Virus genome (UHGV): UHGV-1361018
Direction: 5' to 3' (one strand)
From: a virus
DNA length: 47,255 nucleotides
Of the stretch, positions 29,911 to 38,169 are shown piece by piece. Positions within the stretch are counted from its first letter, which is position 1; every line of letters begins with the position of its first letter. Made by a program: the position numbers and the translations under genes. The notes below the pieces were generated by a model, which did not search any database, was not told the DNA's origin, and worked only from the letters and a program-made list of their open reading frames with translations.

Positions 29911-30107
29911 TATCTATGCTTTATGTATTCATCAACAATATCAACAATATATCTATTGTCTATTAGCCATGCCAGCATATCTTCAGGCTTAACGTCACCG
30001 TCAGGCGTGCTTCCATATAATTTGCAGTCGTTATAGCATTCCATGAAGTTTTTAATATGCTGTGCTTTATTAATTGTTTTGCTTATATCTTCTTTAACGC
30101 CCATCAA
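29910..30107 (-). CDS. hypothetical protein (65 aa), last gene of the leftward accessory operon
   Basis: ATGA-coupled to the DnaN-like gene. Confidence 0.4.
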   Translation of the reverse strand: MMGVKEDISKTINKAQHIKNFMECYNDCKLYGSTPDGDVKPEDMLAWLIDNRYIVDIVDEYIKHR

Positions 30108-30646
30108 TCAATCCTCATCGGCATAACAACAATCTTCGCAGTCTCGCCAGATGGCGCGCTAAGGCAGCAAACTGCGGCATTTGTGTTTCCATTCAGTTCA
30201 AATCTGACACCACAGAATTTAGGGTTAAACAGCTTCGCCACTTTCTCAATATCAACAAGGTAGCCAGCATTGAACCCGATGCAATAAGCAGCTTTCGTTT
30301 CCTTTGGTATCACGCGATCAATATCAGGGAATCGACCATCAATCTCTTCGCAGATACCAGAGCCAACCATCTCGCCAGCTTCATCATGATACGTTGCAAT
30401 TTTCGACTTTGTATCAATGATGGCGTACTCATAACGTTTTGTTGGAGATTTGCCGATCTTGATAATCACATTTTCTGTCAGCTTATTGTCATGACTGTCG
30501 CCAATAAATGCGCGATAACCGTCAGTTGACGCAATGCGACCATCAGTCATGAAGCAGATGCCGTTCAGGTAGTAGCGCACATCATTTCGAGCCTGAAATA
30601 TTAATGCTGATTCAAGTAATAGTTTGCTGATTTTTAGTTTCATCAC
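30104..30646 (-). CDS. truncated DNA polymerase III beta sliding-clamp (DnaN)-like protein, 180 aa
   Basis: Motifs IDGRFPDIDRVIPKE, IGFNAGYLVDIEKV and KIVVMPMRI parallel E. coli DnaN DGRFPDYRRVLPK, IGFNVSYVLDVL and YVVMPMRL. N-terminal LLESALIFQARNDVRYYLNGICFMTDGRIASTDGYRAF resembles a DnaN domain start. About half the length of a bacterial beta clamp. Confidence 0.55.
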   Translation of the reverse strand: MMKLKISKLLLESALIFQARNDVRYYLNGICFMTDGRIASTDGYRAFIGDSHDNKLTENVIIKIGKSPTKRYEYAIIDTKSKIATYHDEAGEMVGSGICEEIDGRFPDIDRVIPKETKAAYCIGFNAGYLVDIEKVAKLFNPKFCGVRFELNGNTNAAVCCLSAPSGETAKIVVMPMRID

Positions 30647-30816
30647 TTCACCTTAATCATGTGCTGTTTTGCAACTTTCAGGCATTCTTCAAAAATGCCA
30701 CCCTTCTTTGCACTCTGGTTGCGCTTGTAATACTGAATCGCCGCATCAATTGCCCTCTGGTCGATGTCTGGCAGCTTGGAGCGAAGTTGTTTTTCGATGA
30801 ATTGTTCAGCGTTCAT
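30645..30816 (-). CDS. hypothetical protein (57 aa)
   Basis: ORF with a TGATGA stop overlapping the DnaN-like start. Below the 60-aa track cutoff. Confidence 0.3.
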
Positions 30817-30825
30817 TGTTCTCGC

Positions 30826-30903
30826 CTATTTGCAGTATGGGCACGTTGATTTAGTTCCGCTACCACCATGTCGTGGGCAACATATTTTCTCCATTGGCGT
30901 CAT
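30826..30903 (-). CDS. Cys4 micropeptide (25 aa, MTPMEKICCPRHGGSGTKSTCPYCK)
   Basis: ATG overlaps the ParB-like stop (TGATG); CC...C..C pattern. Very short, so speculative. Confidence 0.2.
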   Translation of the reverse strand: MTPMEKICCPRHGGSGTKSTCPYCK

Positions 30904-31712
30904 CACATCTTCTCCAGAATTGCCATGACCTCGTGAATGTCAGCAACAGGAATCTGGATAAACTCCTCATCCTCCTTCAACTCATGGCCAGCGGGAAGAA
31001 TCACATGGTCTGCTGGCTTCAATAACTCAATCAGGCGGTCCACTGGCTTAATCTTTTTCGACTTCAGTACCTTCGCTGTGACCTTGTCTTTGCCTTGAGC
31101 TTTGGCCTCTTCGACTGCCTCGTCGATAACCTTTACCGCATCGTCACCATGCTCACGCGTTACTGCTACGGCATTTGCATAGCTGATTTGTCCTGCAGTG
31201 ATGCGCGCTTTTACTTCGGCAGGAACATCACCCAGCGACAGGTGCATTTGCACGTCAGATACTGAACGACCTACCTTCTTGGCGATTTCTTCATTCGTCC
31301 AGCCAAAACCTTTCAGTCTCGTGTAAGCCTTTGCGCGTTCAAACGGGTCGAGCTGCTTACCCTGACTGGATGACACCATGAAGGCGATTTTATCCGCCTC
31401 GTCTCCAGTGAAATCCTTACATTCAATGCGAACGATTGGTGCGCCTCGTTCAATGGCACGCAATGCGCCGAGATAGCGATGCTGACCATCAAGGATGCGG
31501 ATTCCCTTCTCGTCCGGAATAACTGTTAATGCTGGTAATGGCTGACCTGATTCCCAGCACTGCGCGAAATATTCGACATGCTGCTCATCTGCTTCACGGA
31601 TGTTATATCCCGGCTCCAGGTAGATTTGCTCCACTGGCACGAGATAGGTTTTGTTAACAGCGATGCCGTTTCGCGTTTCTTTGTCTGAATATATTTTGCT
31701 TAGTGTTTTCAT
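30903..31712 (-). CDS. ParB N-terminal (ParB/Srx-fold, DGQHR motif) domain protein with HTH
   Basis: ILDGQHRYLGALRA; HTH WTNEEIAKKVGRSVSDVQMHLSL; 269 aa. Confidence 0.65.
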   Translation of the reverse strand: MKTLSKIYSDKETRNGIAVNKTYLVPVEQIYLEPGYNIREADEQHVEYFAQCWESGQPLPALTVIPDEKGIRILDGQHRYLGALRAIERGAPIVRIECKDFTGDEADKIAFMVSSSQGKQLDPFERAKAYTRLKGFGWTNEEIAKKVGRSVSDVQMHLSLGDVPAEVKARITAGQISYANAVAVTREHGDDAVKVIDEAVEEAKAQGKDKVTAKVLKSKKIKPVDRLIELLKPADHVILPAGHELKEDEEFIQIPVADIHEVMAILEKM

Positions 31713-31909
31713 TTAACTCTCGCCTCCATCATTCTTTCTGCGATAAGGTAAGCATGTTCAGCCTTCTCGCCATAACCCATATTTGGTGATGTAATTAACA
31801 GAGATTGCATTGCTTTTGCGGCAAAATAATCACGCAGCGTTGCATCAGAAGCCATTTCTTGGCGCTTAACGTCATAATCAATAAATTCATCTTTCATATC
31901 ATTCACCAC
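31709..31909 (-). CDS. hypothetical protein (66 aa)
   Basis: ATGA-coupled. Confidence 0.4.
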   Translation of the reverse strand: MVNDMKDEFIDYDVKRQEMASDATLRDYFAAKAMQSLLITSPNMGYGEKAEHAYLIAERMMEARVK

Positions 31910-32090
31910 CTTCTTCTAACAATTGCTCGTAATATGCGACGTACTCATTGGCAAGATGGTACAGGCGCTCAGCAGACTTGCGTTCTAAATTACTTAAGTC
32001 ATCAATAGACTCAATGTTGCCAATTGCATCAACACAATCATTGAAGTCTTGCTCCGTGTTACGAAATCTACAGTAGGACATGTTTCCCAT
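31899..32090 (-). CDS. hypothetical protein (63 aa)
   Basis: Overlap-coupled. Confidence 0.4.
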   Translation of the reverse strand: MGNMSYCRFRNTEQDFNDCVDAIGNIESIDDLSNLERKSAERLYHLANEYVAYYEQLLEEGGE

Positions 32091-32092
32091 GA

Positions 32093-32734
32093 TTATTCCT
32101 CATCACCAGAATTAGCAATATCGTAAAACTGACCGTATGTTATCCGCTTAAAGTTATCAGGTATCGTTACCTGTCCGTGACCTTCATCTTTTGTATTTGG
32201 CACTGCAAAAATCAGACAATCATCCTTTTGCGGATGTTTTCCGCCATAAGTAGACAGCATTGCAAAACCAAATCCTCGAGCAGATTGCTCACCAATGCCT
32301 GTGCGTGCGATGCCATAATGGTTAACAATGTAGTCCTTCCATTCTGGCAATAACTTCAATTTCTCGTTTGCCTCGCGCATCACTGCGTCCAGCTTTTTGT
32401 TGTACTCTCGCCCATCCTTTGTGTTTCCCTTACCGCGAGCAATAACTACTCGTTGACCATCCCAAAACTCTTCACGTTTTATTGTCACTTGGCACGGGAA
32501 TTCAAAATGATTGCTCCATACAAAACTCTCAAGTAAGCCACCGCCGACCACGCCCCAGCTACGTGTCGTAGTAAAAGCTATGGCGCCAACCTTTTTCATG
32601 GCATCGCCGAGAATTTCATTGCGGCGCTTTTGAATGTCATCATATGCGTTAATAACTTTCTTAACATCATCACCTTCAACCATGTAGTAATCATAATGTT
32701 TTGCATTGCTGCTCATTTTTATCACCTCTAACAT
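32093..32734 (-). CDS. hypothetical protein (213 aa), first gene of the leftward accessory operon
   Basis: RBS AGAGGTGAT. No motif recognised. Confidence 0.5.
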   Translation of the reverse strand: MLEVIKMSSNAKHYDYYMVEGDDVKKVINAYDDIQKRRNEILGDAMKKVGAIAFTTTRSWGVVGGGLLESFVWSNHFEFPCQVTIKREEFWDGQRVVIARGKGNTKDGREYNKKLDAVMREANEKLKLLPEWKDYIVNHYGIARTGIGEQSARGFGFAMLSTYGGKHPQKDDCLIFAVPNTKDEGHGQVTIPDNFKRITYGQFYDIANSGDEE

Positions 32735-32738
32735 TTAT

Positions 32739-32805
32739 TGTTGTTTCTACGTCACTAACTATAAACACCTCATCAATCTACGTCAACAGGAATATGCTAA
32801 AATCA
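32739..32805. promoter_or_regulatory. divergent promoter region
   Basis: Leftward: TTGACG, 17 nt, TATAGT (rc of 32755-32787) with the palindrome-type operator TGTTGTTTCTACGTCA 32739-32754 at about +1. Rightward: extended -10 TGCTAAAAT 32795-32803. Confidence 0.6.
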
Positions 32806-32833
32806 TGCTAATCAAACAGCAGGGGATTTAAAC

Positions 32834-32953
32834 ATGGGTTCAACAAACGGTCCGTCTCGTTCACGCGCTACTGGCAACACCAAAACTGGCGGCAAAACTG
32901 GCGCAGTGAAGCCAAACGGCTCTACTCGCTCACCATCGCGCGGTAAAAAATAA
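32834..32953 (+). CDS. small basic Gly/Ser/Thr-rich protein (39 aa)
   Basis: RBS AGGGGA; MGSTNGPSRSRATGNTKTGGKTGAVKPNGSTRSPSRGKK. Confidence 0.35.
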   Translation: MGSTNGPSRSRATGNTKTGGKTGAVKPNGSTRSPSRGKK

Positions 32954-33393
32954 TGTTCGGCGCAGATATTGCCATCATGATCATGTATGTGTTGGGTTTT
33001 GCCTGCACAGGCATGGTCGCGTTTCTGGTATTCATTCCGGCAATGGTGATATCTGTGTATCTTGGATGGGTGCTTGTTGATTCATTTCCCGCCGAATATC
33101 TGTATTACCTTGCGCAGTCTATGGTCTGGTTGTTTCCGGCTATTGCGCTGCGCAAAAGTGCAAAGATGGCGCTCTGCGTGCTGACGATGAGCCTTTACGA
33201 ATGGCTGGTTGCGATAGAGTCATTCGTATGGGAATTTATCACGCCTGTAGAAACGCCGCTTCATGCGCAGTACGCATTTATTATTATCGGCATCCATCTG
33301 TTCATCCTTTCCATCACTTTTAAATGGGGCGGCGAAATTGGACATTATTCTTGGCGTGGTCGCCATTGTTTTTTCGCTGATTCAAATCTATAA
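32953..33393 (+). CDS. hypothetical membrane protein (146 aa, about 4 TM)
   Basis: Multiple hydrophobic helices. Confidence 0.45.
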   Translation: MFGADIAIMIMYVLGFACTGMVAFLVFIPAMVISVYLGWVLVDSFPAEYLYYLAQSMVWLFPAIALRKSAKMALCVLTMSLYEWLVAIESFVWEFITPVETPLHAQYAFIIIGIHLFILSITFKWGGEIGHYSWRGRHCFFADSNL

Positions 33394-33425
33394 GTGCTGG
33401 AAACATATCATCAGCGAGACACGCA

Positions 33426-33710
33426 ATGAACGGGACACTAAGGCAAGTCGCAGAGCAGATTATAAGCGGAACGACAGGGCAGGTGATTGACAAGGCCGGA
33501 TACGCTTCTATTGGCACCGGTATCGGTCTGAAAGTTGCAGAACAAACACCTGTCACGCAATCTTATTTTGAGGCTATGATTCCACACAGCCTGACAGAGT
33601 GGGCGGCAGTAGCGTCAATCCTCGGCGCTCTGTCTCTGGTAATAAAGAACCTGTTTGAAATGTGGTGGAAGGTACGGGAGTCGAAAAGAAATGGCAGCAC
33701 CAACACCTGA
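33426..33710 (+). CDS. hypothetical protein (94 aa) with C-terminal TM
   Basis: ORF. Confidence 0.4.
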   Translation: MNGTLRQVAEQIISGTTGQVIDKAGYASIGTGIGLKVAEQTPVTQSYFEAMIPHSLTEWAAVASILGALSLVIKNLFEMWWKVRESKRNGSTNT

Positions 33711-34083
33711 AGAACTGGTCAGTCAGATGGCGTCGCGCGGGATGACCATCACCACGACAGATGCGTCCGGTATTCTGTGCCTTGTGGCATCAATCAGTGA
33801 ATGCCTTGAGCTGAACTACCCAAACGATGAATGCCGACAAAATGCGATCATGCTGTGGGCTTCAATCCTGATTAGCGCAAACACAGCAGGGCGCTACGTC
33901 ACCAGTCAGAGCGCGCCTTCTGGCGCATCACAATCATTCGCGTATGGCAGCAAGCCGTGGGTGGCACTGTACAATCAGATGAAACTACTGGACACAGCCG
34001 GATGTACTGGCGATTTAGTGGAAGACCCTGACGGAAGCGGGAAGCCGTGGTTTGCGGTTGTGCGTGGGAGTAAGTGCAAATGA
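33691..34083 (+). CDS. putative head-tail connector/head completion protein
   Basis: Internal ATG with RBS GGGAG; lies between the capsid and tail modules. Confidence 0.35.
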   Translation: MAAPTPEELVSQMASRGMTITTTDASGILCLVASISECLELNYPNDECRQNAIMLWASILISANTAGRYVTSQSAPSGASQSFAYGSKPWVALYNQMKLLDTAGCTGDLVEDPDGSGKPWFAVVRGSKCK

Positions 34084-34421
34084 CTTCGCTGGCTCGGTTT
34101 TCCTATACGCAACCATGCACTATCTGGCACAAAAGCGGCACTGACAAGTACGGCAAGCCGACTTTTGATGCGCCAGTGAGCATCATGTGTGATTACGGCT
34201 TTAACGATGATGTATCGACCGATGCGAAAGGCAATGAGATTGTGCAGAAGAATACCTTCTGGACTGAGTATGTTGGCGCTAAGGTAGGTGATTACATCAT
34301 GATTGGTACGGTTGCAGAAGCTGACCCGCTGGCGGCTGGTGCAAACCAGATTCTGAATGTGATTAATTATGGCAATACGTTCAATCGAGCTGAACCACCT
34401 GATTTTGCATTGGTGACATAA
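34080..34421 (+). CDS. putative head-tail joining protein
   Basis: ATGA-coupled; positional call. Confidence 0.35.
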   Translation: MTSLARFSYTQPCTIWHKSGTDKYGKPTFDAPVSIMCDYGFNDDVSTDAKGNEIVQKNTFWTEYVGAKVGDYIMIGTVAEADPLAAGANQILNVINYGNTFNRAEPPDFALVT

Positions 34422-34819
34422 TGCCAGCGAAATTAAGGGGCGTCCGGCAGGCCGTAGAAAGAACATCGCAGATTGTGGATGAGATAATCGCCACGAAAGC
34501 TGTGCGTGCTCTGAAGTCAGCGACATACATCATCCGCACCGAATCAGCTACATTGACGCCAATTGATACATCAACGCTGATTAACAGTCAGTTTGATACT
34601 GTGGAAGTTAGCGGAACGCGAATCACTGGCAAGGTTGGATACTCTGCGAAATATGCGCTGTACGTCCACAATGCCAGTGGCAAACTAAAAGGAAGACCGC
34701 GCAGCAACGGCAACGGCACGTATTGGTCGCCGGGTGCTGAACCGCAATTCCTGACCAAAGCAGCGCAACGCACAAAAGACCTGGTTGATGGTGTGATTAA
34801 GAAGGAGATGACACTTTGA
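34421..34819 (+). CDS. putative head-tail adaptor / neck protein
   Basis: Coupled ORF; positional call. Confidence 0.35.
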   Translation: MPAKLRGVRQAVERTSQIVDEIIATKAVRALKSATYIIRTESATLTPIDTSTLINSQFDTVEVSGTRITGKVGYSAKYALYVHNASGKLKGRPRSNGNGTYWSPGAEPQFLTKAAQRTKDLVDGVIKKEMTL

Positions 34820-35193
34820 TGAATATGCTTGAACTGGTTGATGCGTATCTTCAGGATGCCGGATTGTATGATGGCTGGACTTCGCAGTTGCAGTTCTGGA
34901 ATGACACCGGAGATGGCAACGAGCAATTTATTGTTCTGCAATCCAACGGCGGAACGCAGGTGATGGATGGCATCGGCGGTGACTTCTATTTCTCGCTGTA
35001 TGTCGTTGGCAAACATGGGCAGTATAACGTGTCGGATGTTGATGCGAAGGCGCTTGAGATTATCGAATACATCAAGGCGCATCCTATTGATTCATGCGTT
35101 AACTACATCCAGTTGCAAGCACCACTGGGGAGGCCAATGCTGACGGAAGAAAAAAGGCCTGTACATGAGTTGCTTTTGCGGGTTGTGAAATAA
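34816..35193 (+). CDS. putative tail terminator / neck protein
   Basis: Coupled ORF followed by a hairpin at 35195-35222; positional call. Confidence 0.35.
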   Translation: MMNMLELVDAYLQDAGLYDGWTSQLQFWNDTGDGNEQFIVLQSNGGTQVMDGIGGDFYFSLYVVGKHGQYNVSDVDAKALEIIEYIKAHPIDSCVNYIQLQAPLGRPMLTEEKRPVHELLLRVVK

Positions 35194-35689
35194 ATAAAGC
35201 CGCAATTGGCGGCCTTATTACTGGTTTAAGCATTGCCAGCGTGCTTTCTTAACATCCAGCCCCGTAACCCATACATACCCCTACATATGATTGCGATAAT
35301 GCTGGATATTAAGTGTTGTGGCTCTGGTGCCTCCAGATTGCTGGTCGGTAAATCCAGCAGGCAATCTCAAAACCGAAGTAGTGTATCTTTACCTTGCCGC
35401 ATGCGCATAGCCGCATTACCACAACGGAAAGAGCATTCATTGCATCGACCAAACAGAATCGTCTTTTCGATTATGACTCTACTTTGACGGTTGCTCTGCT
35501 GCGCTAACCCAATGCTCTTTCCTGTTGTGTGCCGGTTACGCGTCCGGCGTCTCTCGACCGCTAATTATTTTTAATTCTTCAAATTGAGATTTCATTCATT
35601 TTGGCCACCTTCCTTTCAGAAAGTTGAAAATTCACGCATAAATCAATTCATATCTTAAGTAGACTTTAATCTACACCACAAAATAATCA

Positions 35690-35712
35690 CTGTCAACACA
35701 TGTGATATAATC
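35690..35712 (+). promoter_or_regulatory. late-type promoter TGTCAACAC-N6-TGATATAAT upstream of the major tail gene
   Basis: Near-identical element at 37408-37432 (GTGTCAACAC...GATGATATAATCA). Confidence 0.5.
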
Positions 35713-35747
35713 ACCACGTTAGCAGCTAACACAATTCGGAGATCGAA

Positions 35748-36464
35748 ATGGCTATTTGTGCAAATGATAAAGGCGCTCTGGTCGGTCGCATGACCCGACT
35801 GTTCCTTGCTGAGGGGTGCGGCGATGCAGTTCCTGAGGCGGGAGACTGGAAGTATTTAGGCTCAACCACCAGTAAAGGCGTTGACTACTCACCGCAGACC
35901 ACCACGTCGGAAGCGGATACCGCTGGCGGCTTTGTTTCCACTCTCGTTACCAGCTCTGATATGACCATCAGTGCAGAGGTTGAAATCCGCAAGAATGACC
36001 CGAGCGATGAGTTTGGCTTCCATCGTCTGGTTGAGATTTACGCCACTGAACTGAAGGCTCGTCGCCAGCCTTCCCTGTGGGTGCGCCAGGTGACTGGTGC
36101 AACTATCGTTACCGCGTACTGCAACATTACCAGCATCAGTTACGAAGGTGGCACTAACGACATCGTTACTGGCAGCCTTGAGTTTAAGGTGTATGACTCT
36201 GACAGCGTTACAGTAGAAAGCCTTGAACCTCTGGCATTCACTACCGACCTGTCATCAACTGGCACGGCTGGCAGCCCGTTAACAGTTGCTGTTGAAGGTG
36301 GTGTTTCTCCTTACACTTATGTATGGCGAAAAGATGGTGTGGTTGTTGGTGGCGAGTCTGGCGCAACACTGTCAAGCCCAACCGCTGGCGTGTATACCGT
36401 CACGGTAACTGATTCATCTACTGACCCTGAGATTATCATCAGCACGGCTTGCACTGTGTCCTGA
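35748..36464 (+). CDS. major tail protein with C-terminal Ig-like (Big_2-type) domain
   Basis: C-terminal PLTVAVEGGVSPYTYVWRKDGVVV...GVYTVTVTD. Followed by a strong terminator and positioned before the chaperone and tape measure genes. Confidence 0.65.
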   Translation: MAICANDKGALVGRMTRLFLAEGCGDAVPEAGDWKYLGSTTSKGVDYSPQTTTSEADTAGGFVSTLVTSSDMTISAEVEIRKNDPSDEFGFHRLVEIYATELKARRQPSLWVRQVTGATIVTAYCNITSISYEGGTNDIVTGSLEFKVYDSDSVTVESLEPLAFTTDLSSTGTAGSPLTVAVEGGVSPYTYVWRKDGVVVGGESGATLSSPTAGVYTVTVTDSSTDPEIIISTACTVS

Positions 36465-36467
36465 TAA

Positions 36468-36496
36468 AGAAAAAGCCCCGAAAGGGGCTTTGTTTA
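36468..36496. terminator. bidirectional terminator
   Basis: AAAAAGCCCCG-AAA-GGGGCTTTGTTTAT. Confidence 0.8.
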
Positions 36497-36694
36497 TTCT
36501 TGTGGTGGTTGTGGTAGTGGCATCCAGTGCGTTACATATTTTCCGTAGTGATTCCAGAATGACTTTCTCTCGTCGTCAGGAACAATGTAGTAGTCGTGCT
36601 GAACGGCATTATTCAAAGTTTCATACACCAAGAACTCTTTATCTGTACTACCGTTACCAGGTAGCATTTCACTACACTTAATCCACTGGCTCAT
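36494..36694 (-). CDS. DUF551-like phage protein (66 aa)
   Basis: N-terminal [12 protein letters not shown] resembles the conserved WI...LP start of DUF551-family lambdoid proteins. Confidence 0.4.
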   Translation of the reverse strand: MSQWIKCSEMLPGNGSTDKEFLVYETLNNAVQHDYYIVPDDERKSFWNHYGKYVTHWMPLPQPPQE

Positions 36695-37017
36695 AACTTA
36701 TCCTCATTCATTTTAAGGAAGACGATCATGGCTGCGCGGAGAGGTCTGGTATCAAATATTGGGCTTACGCCTTTTGCATCCACACACCATTCAGTTAACT
36801 GGTCTAAGATAGAAATCCTGTATTTCTCAATAATCGGCCATGCGTCGGCTGGGTTGTTGCATGGGTCAAACTTTTGCTTAATGTTCTTGTCATCAAAAAA
36901 GAAAAAGCCATCTGAACTGATATGAGCCAACCCTCCTTTTGGGCAAAGATTGCTACTCACAAAAAAGAAAACCTTTTGCGCTATTTGTGAATCACTCATC
37001 TCTTCATAATTTTTCAT
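36691..37017 (-). CDS. hypothetical protein (108 aa)
   Basis: ATGA-coupled. Confidence 0.4.
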   Translation of the reverse strand: MKNYEEMSDSQIAQKVFFFVSSNLCPKGGLAHISSDGFFFFDDKNIKQKFDPCNNPADAWPIIEKYRISILDQLTEWCVDAKGVSPIFDTRPLRAAMIVFLKMNEDKL

Positions 37018-37153
37018 ATCACCTTATCCTCATCAAAAATCACACCAATCACACGAAGCAAGTCTTTCGCCATTCTCTCTGCTTCTTCGTAGTCGTAACC
37101 TGCATCGACATACAGTTCAGTATAGAAAATCAGGTCGGCTTTTGTTTGTTCGT

Positions 37154-37348
37154 TCATTTCTTATCGTCGCTCTTAACTAATGCCCAAACAAGAGCCGCAA
37201 CCCAGCCAATAAAACTCCATCCTACAAGAATATTCAGCACACAGATTGCTGTCGTATTTGTGTGCTTTCTTTGCAATGCCACAAATGATGGGAGAAGATA
37301 AGCAAATACAACCAATCCAGCGAAAAGCAATAAAATAACAACATCCAT
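37154..37348 (-). CDS. small two-TM membrane protein (64 aa), Pmp3/YqaE-like
   Basis: Two hydrophobic helices: VVILLLFAGLVVFAYLL and ICVLNILVGWSFIGWVAALVWAL. Confidence 0.4.
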   Translation of the reverse strand: MDVVILLLFAGLVVFAYLLPSFVALQRKHTNTTAICVLNILVGWSFIGWVAALVWALVKSDDKK

Positions 37349-37452
37349 AACTCACCTCAGTCATATCTCGTTTAGATGATTTGAATCTACATCACCACCT
37401 CGCAGGTGTCAACACTACTGAGATGATATAATCAACATCAGTCAAATTCAGG

Positions 37453-38169
37453 ATGCAAAACATGAGCAATCGCACGCCACTAACAGAAATCGGGGAGATG
37501 CGCATCTCGCTTTCTGACAGGAGTTTTTTCTTTAAGCCATCATTCCGCGCCATGAATGAAATCGGCACACCAAAAGAAATCGTTGAGGTGTACGCCAGAC
37601 TCAATGGCATTGATTATGTTGCACCGTTGCAGCACGTCGAATACCTGCCATTTGGCGCTCAGATGCAGGTTATGAAGACCATCAGCAAACCCGTATATGG
37701 TCGCCATGTGCTGAGTGCAGCCTATATTGTCATGCAGTCATGCTGTGAAGATGATGCTTCAGTGCTTATTGGTGGATGGAAACCAACGCCGCGCGGCGTG
37801 CGGTACGTGCCGGGCATCATGCCAGTGAACGACATTATTATTATTGCGCGCAACCTGATGCAGCACGGAATCATCGGCAAGTCACCACTCAAGGTTCCTG
37901 AGCGTCTGGAAGAGCAGGGCAAGAAAACAACAAACGAGTTTCACGCGTCGCAATACATCATCTCGGCGCGCACGCACTTCGACATAACGCGTGATGAGGC
38001 CGAAAACCTGTCTATGACAGAGTTTCAGATGATGATTAAGAATAAATATCCAGAGCCGAAAGGGTTAACGAAAGAAGAGCGCGCGGCGGAGTACGATCAG
38101 GCTAAAGCAGACCGTGAGCGCATGAAGGCACTGGCTGAACGCAAAGCGAAAAAAGCGAGGAATACATAA
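37453..38169 (+). CDS. putative tail assembly chaperone (gpG-position protein)
   Basis: 238 aa immediately upstream of and ATGG-coupled to the tape measure gene, with a basic C-terminus. No second-frame extension seen. Confidence 0.4.
   Translation: MQNMSNRTPLTEIGEMRISLSDRSFFFKPSFRAMNEIGTPKEIVEVYARLNGIDYVAPLQHVEYLPFGAQMQVMKTISKPVYGRHVLSAAYIVMQSCCEDDASVLIGGWKPTPRGVRYVPGIMPVNDIIIIARNLMQHGIIGKSPLKVPERLEEQGKKTTNEFHASQYIISARTHFDITRDEAENLSMTEFQMMIKNKYPEPKGLTKEERAAEYDQAKADRERMKALAERKAKKARNT

Noticed and set aside
37453-38169. Programmed -1 frameshift (G/GT-type) in the tail chaperone gene
   Set aside because: Only a single 238-aa frame is open up to the tape measure start and I could not identify a slippery heptamer with an extended second frame; left as a plain chaperone call.
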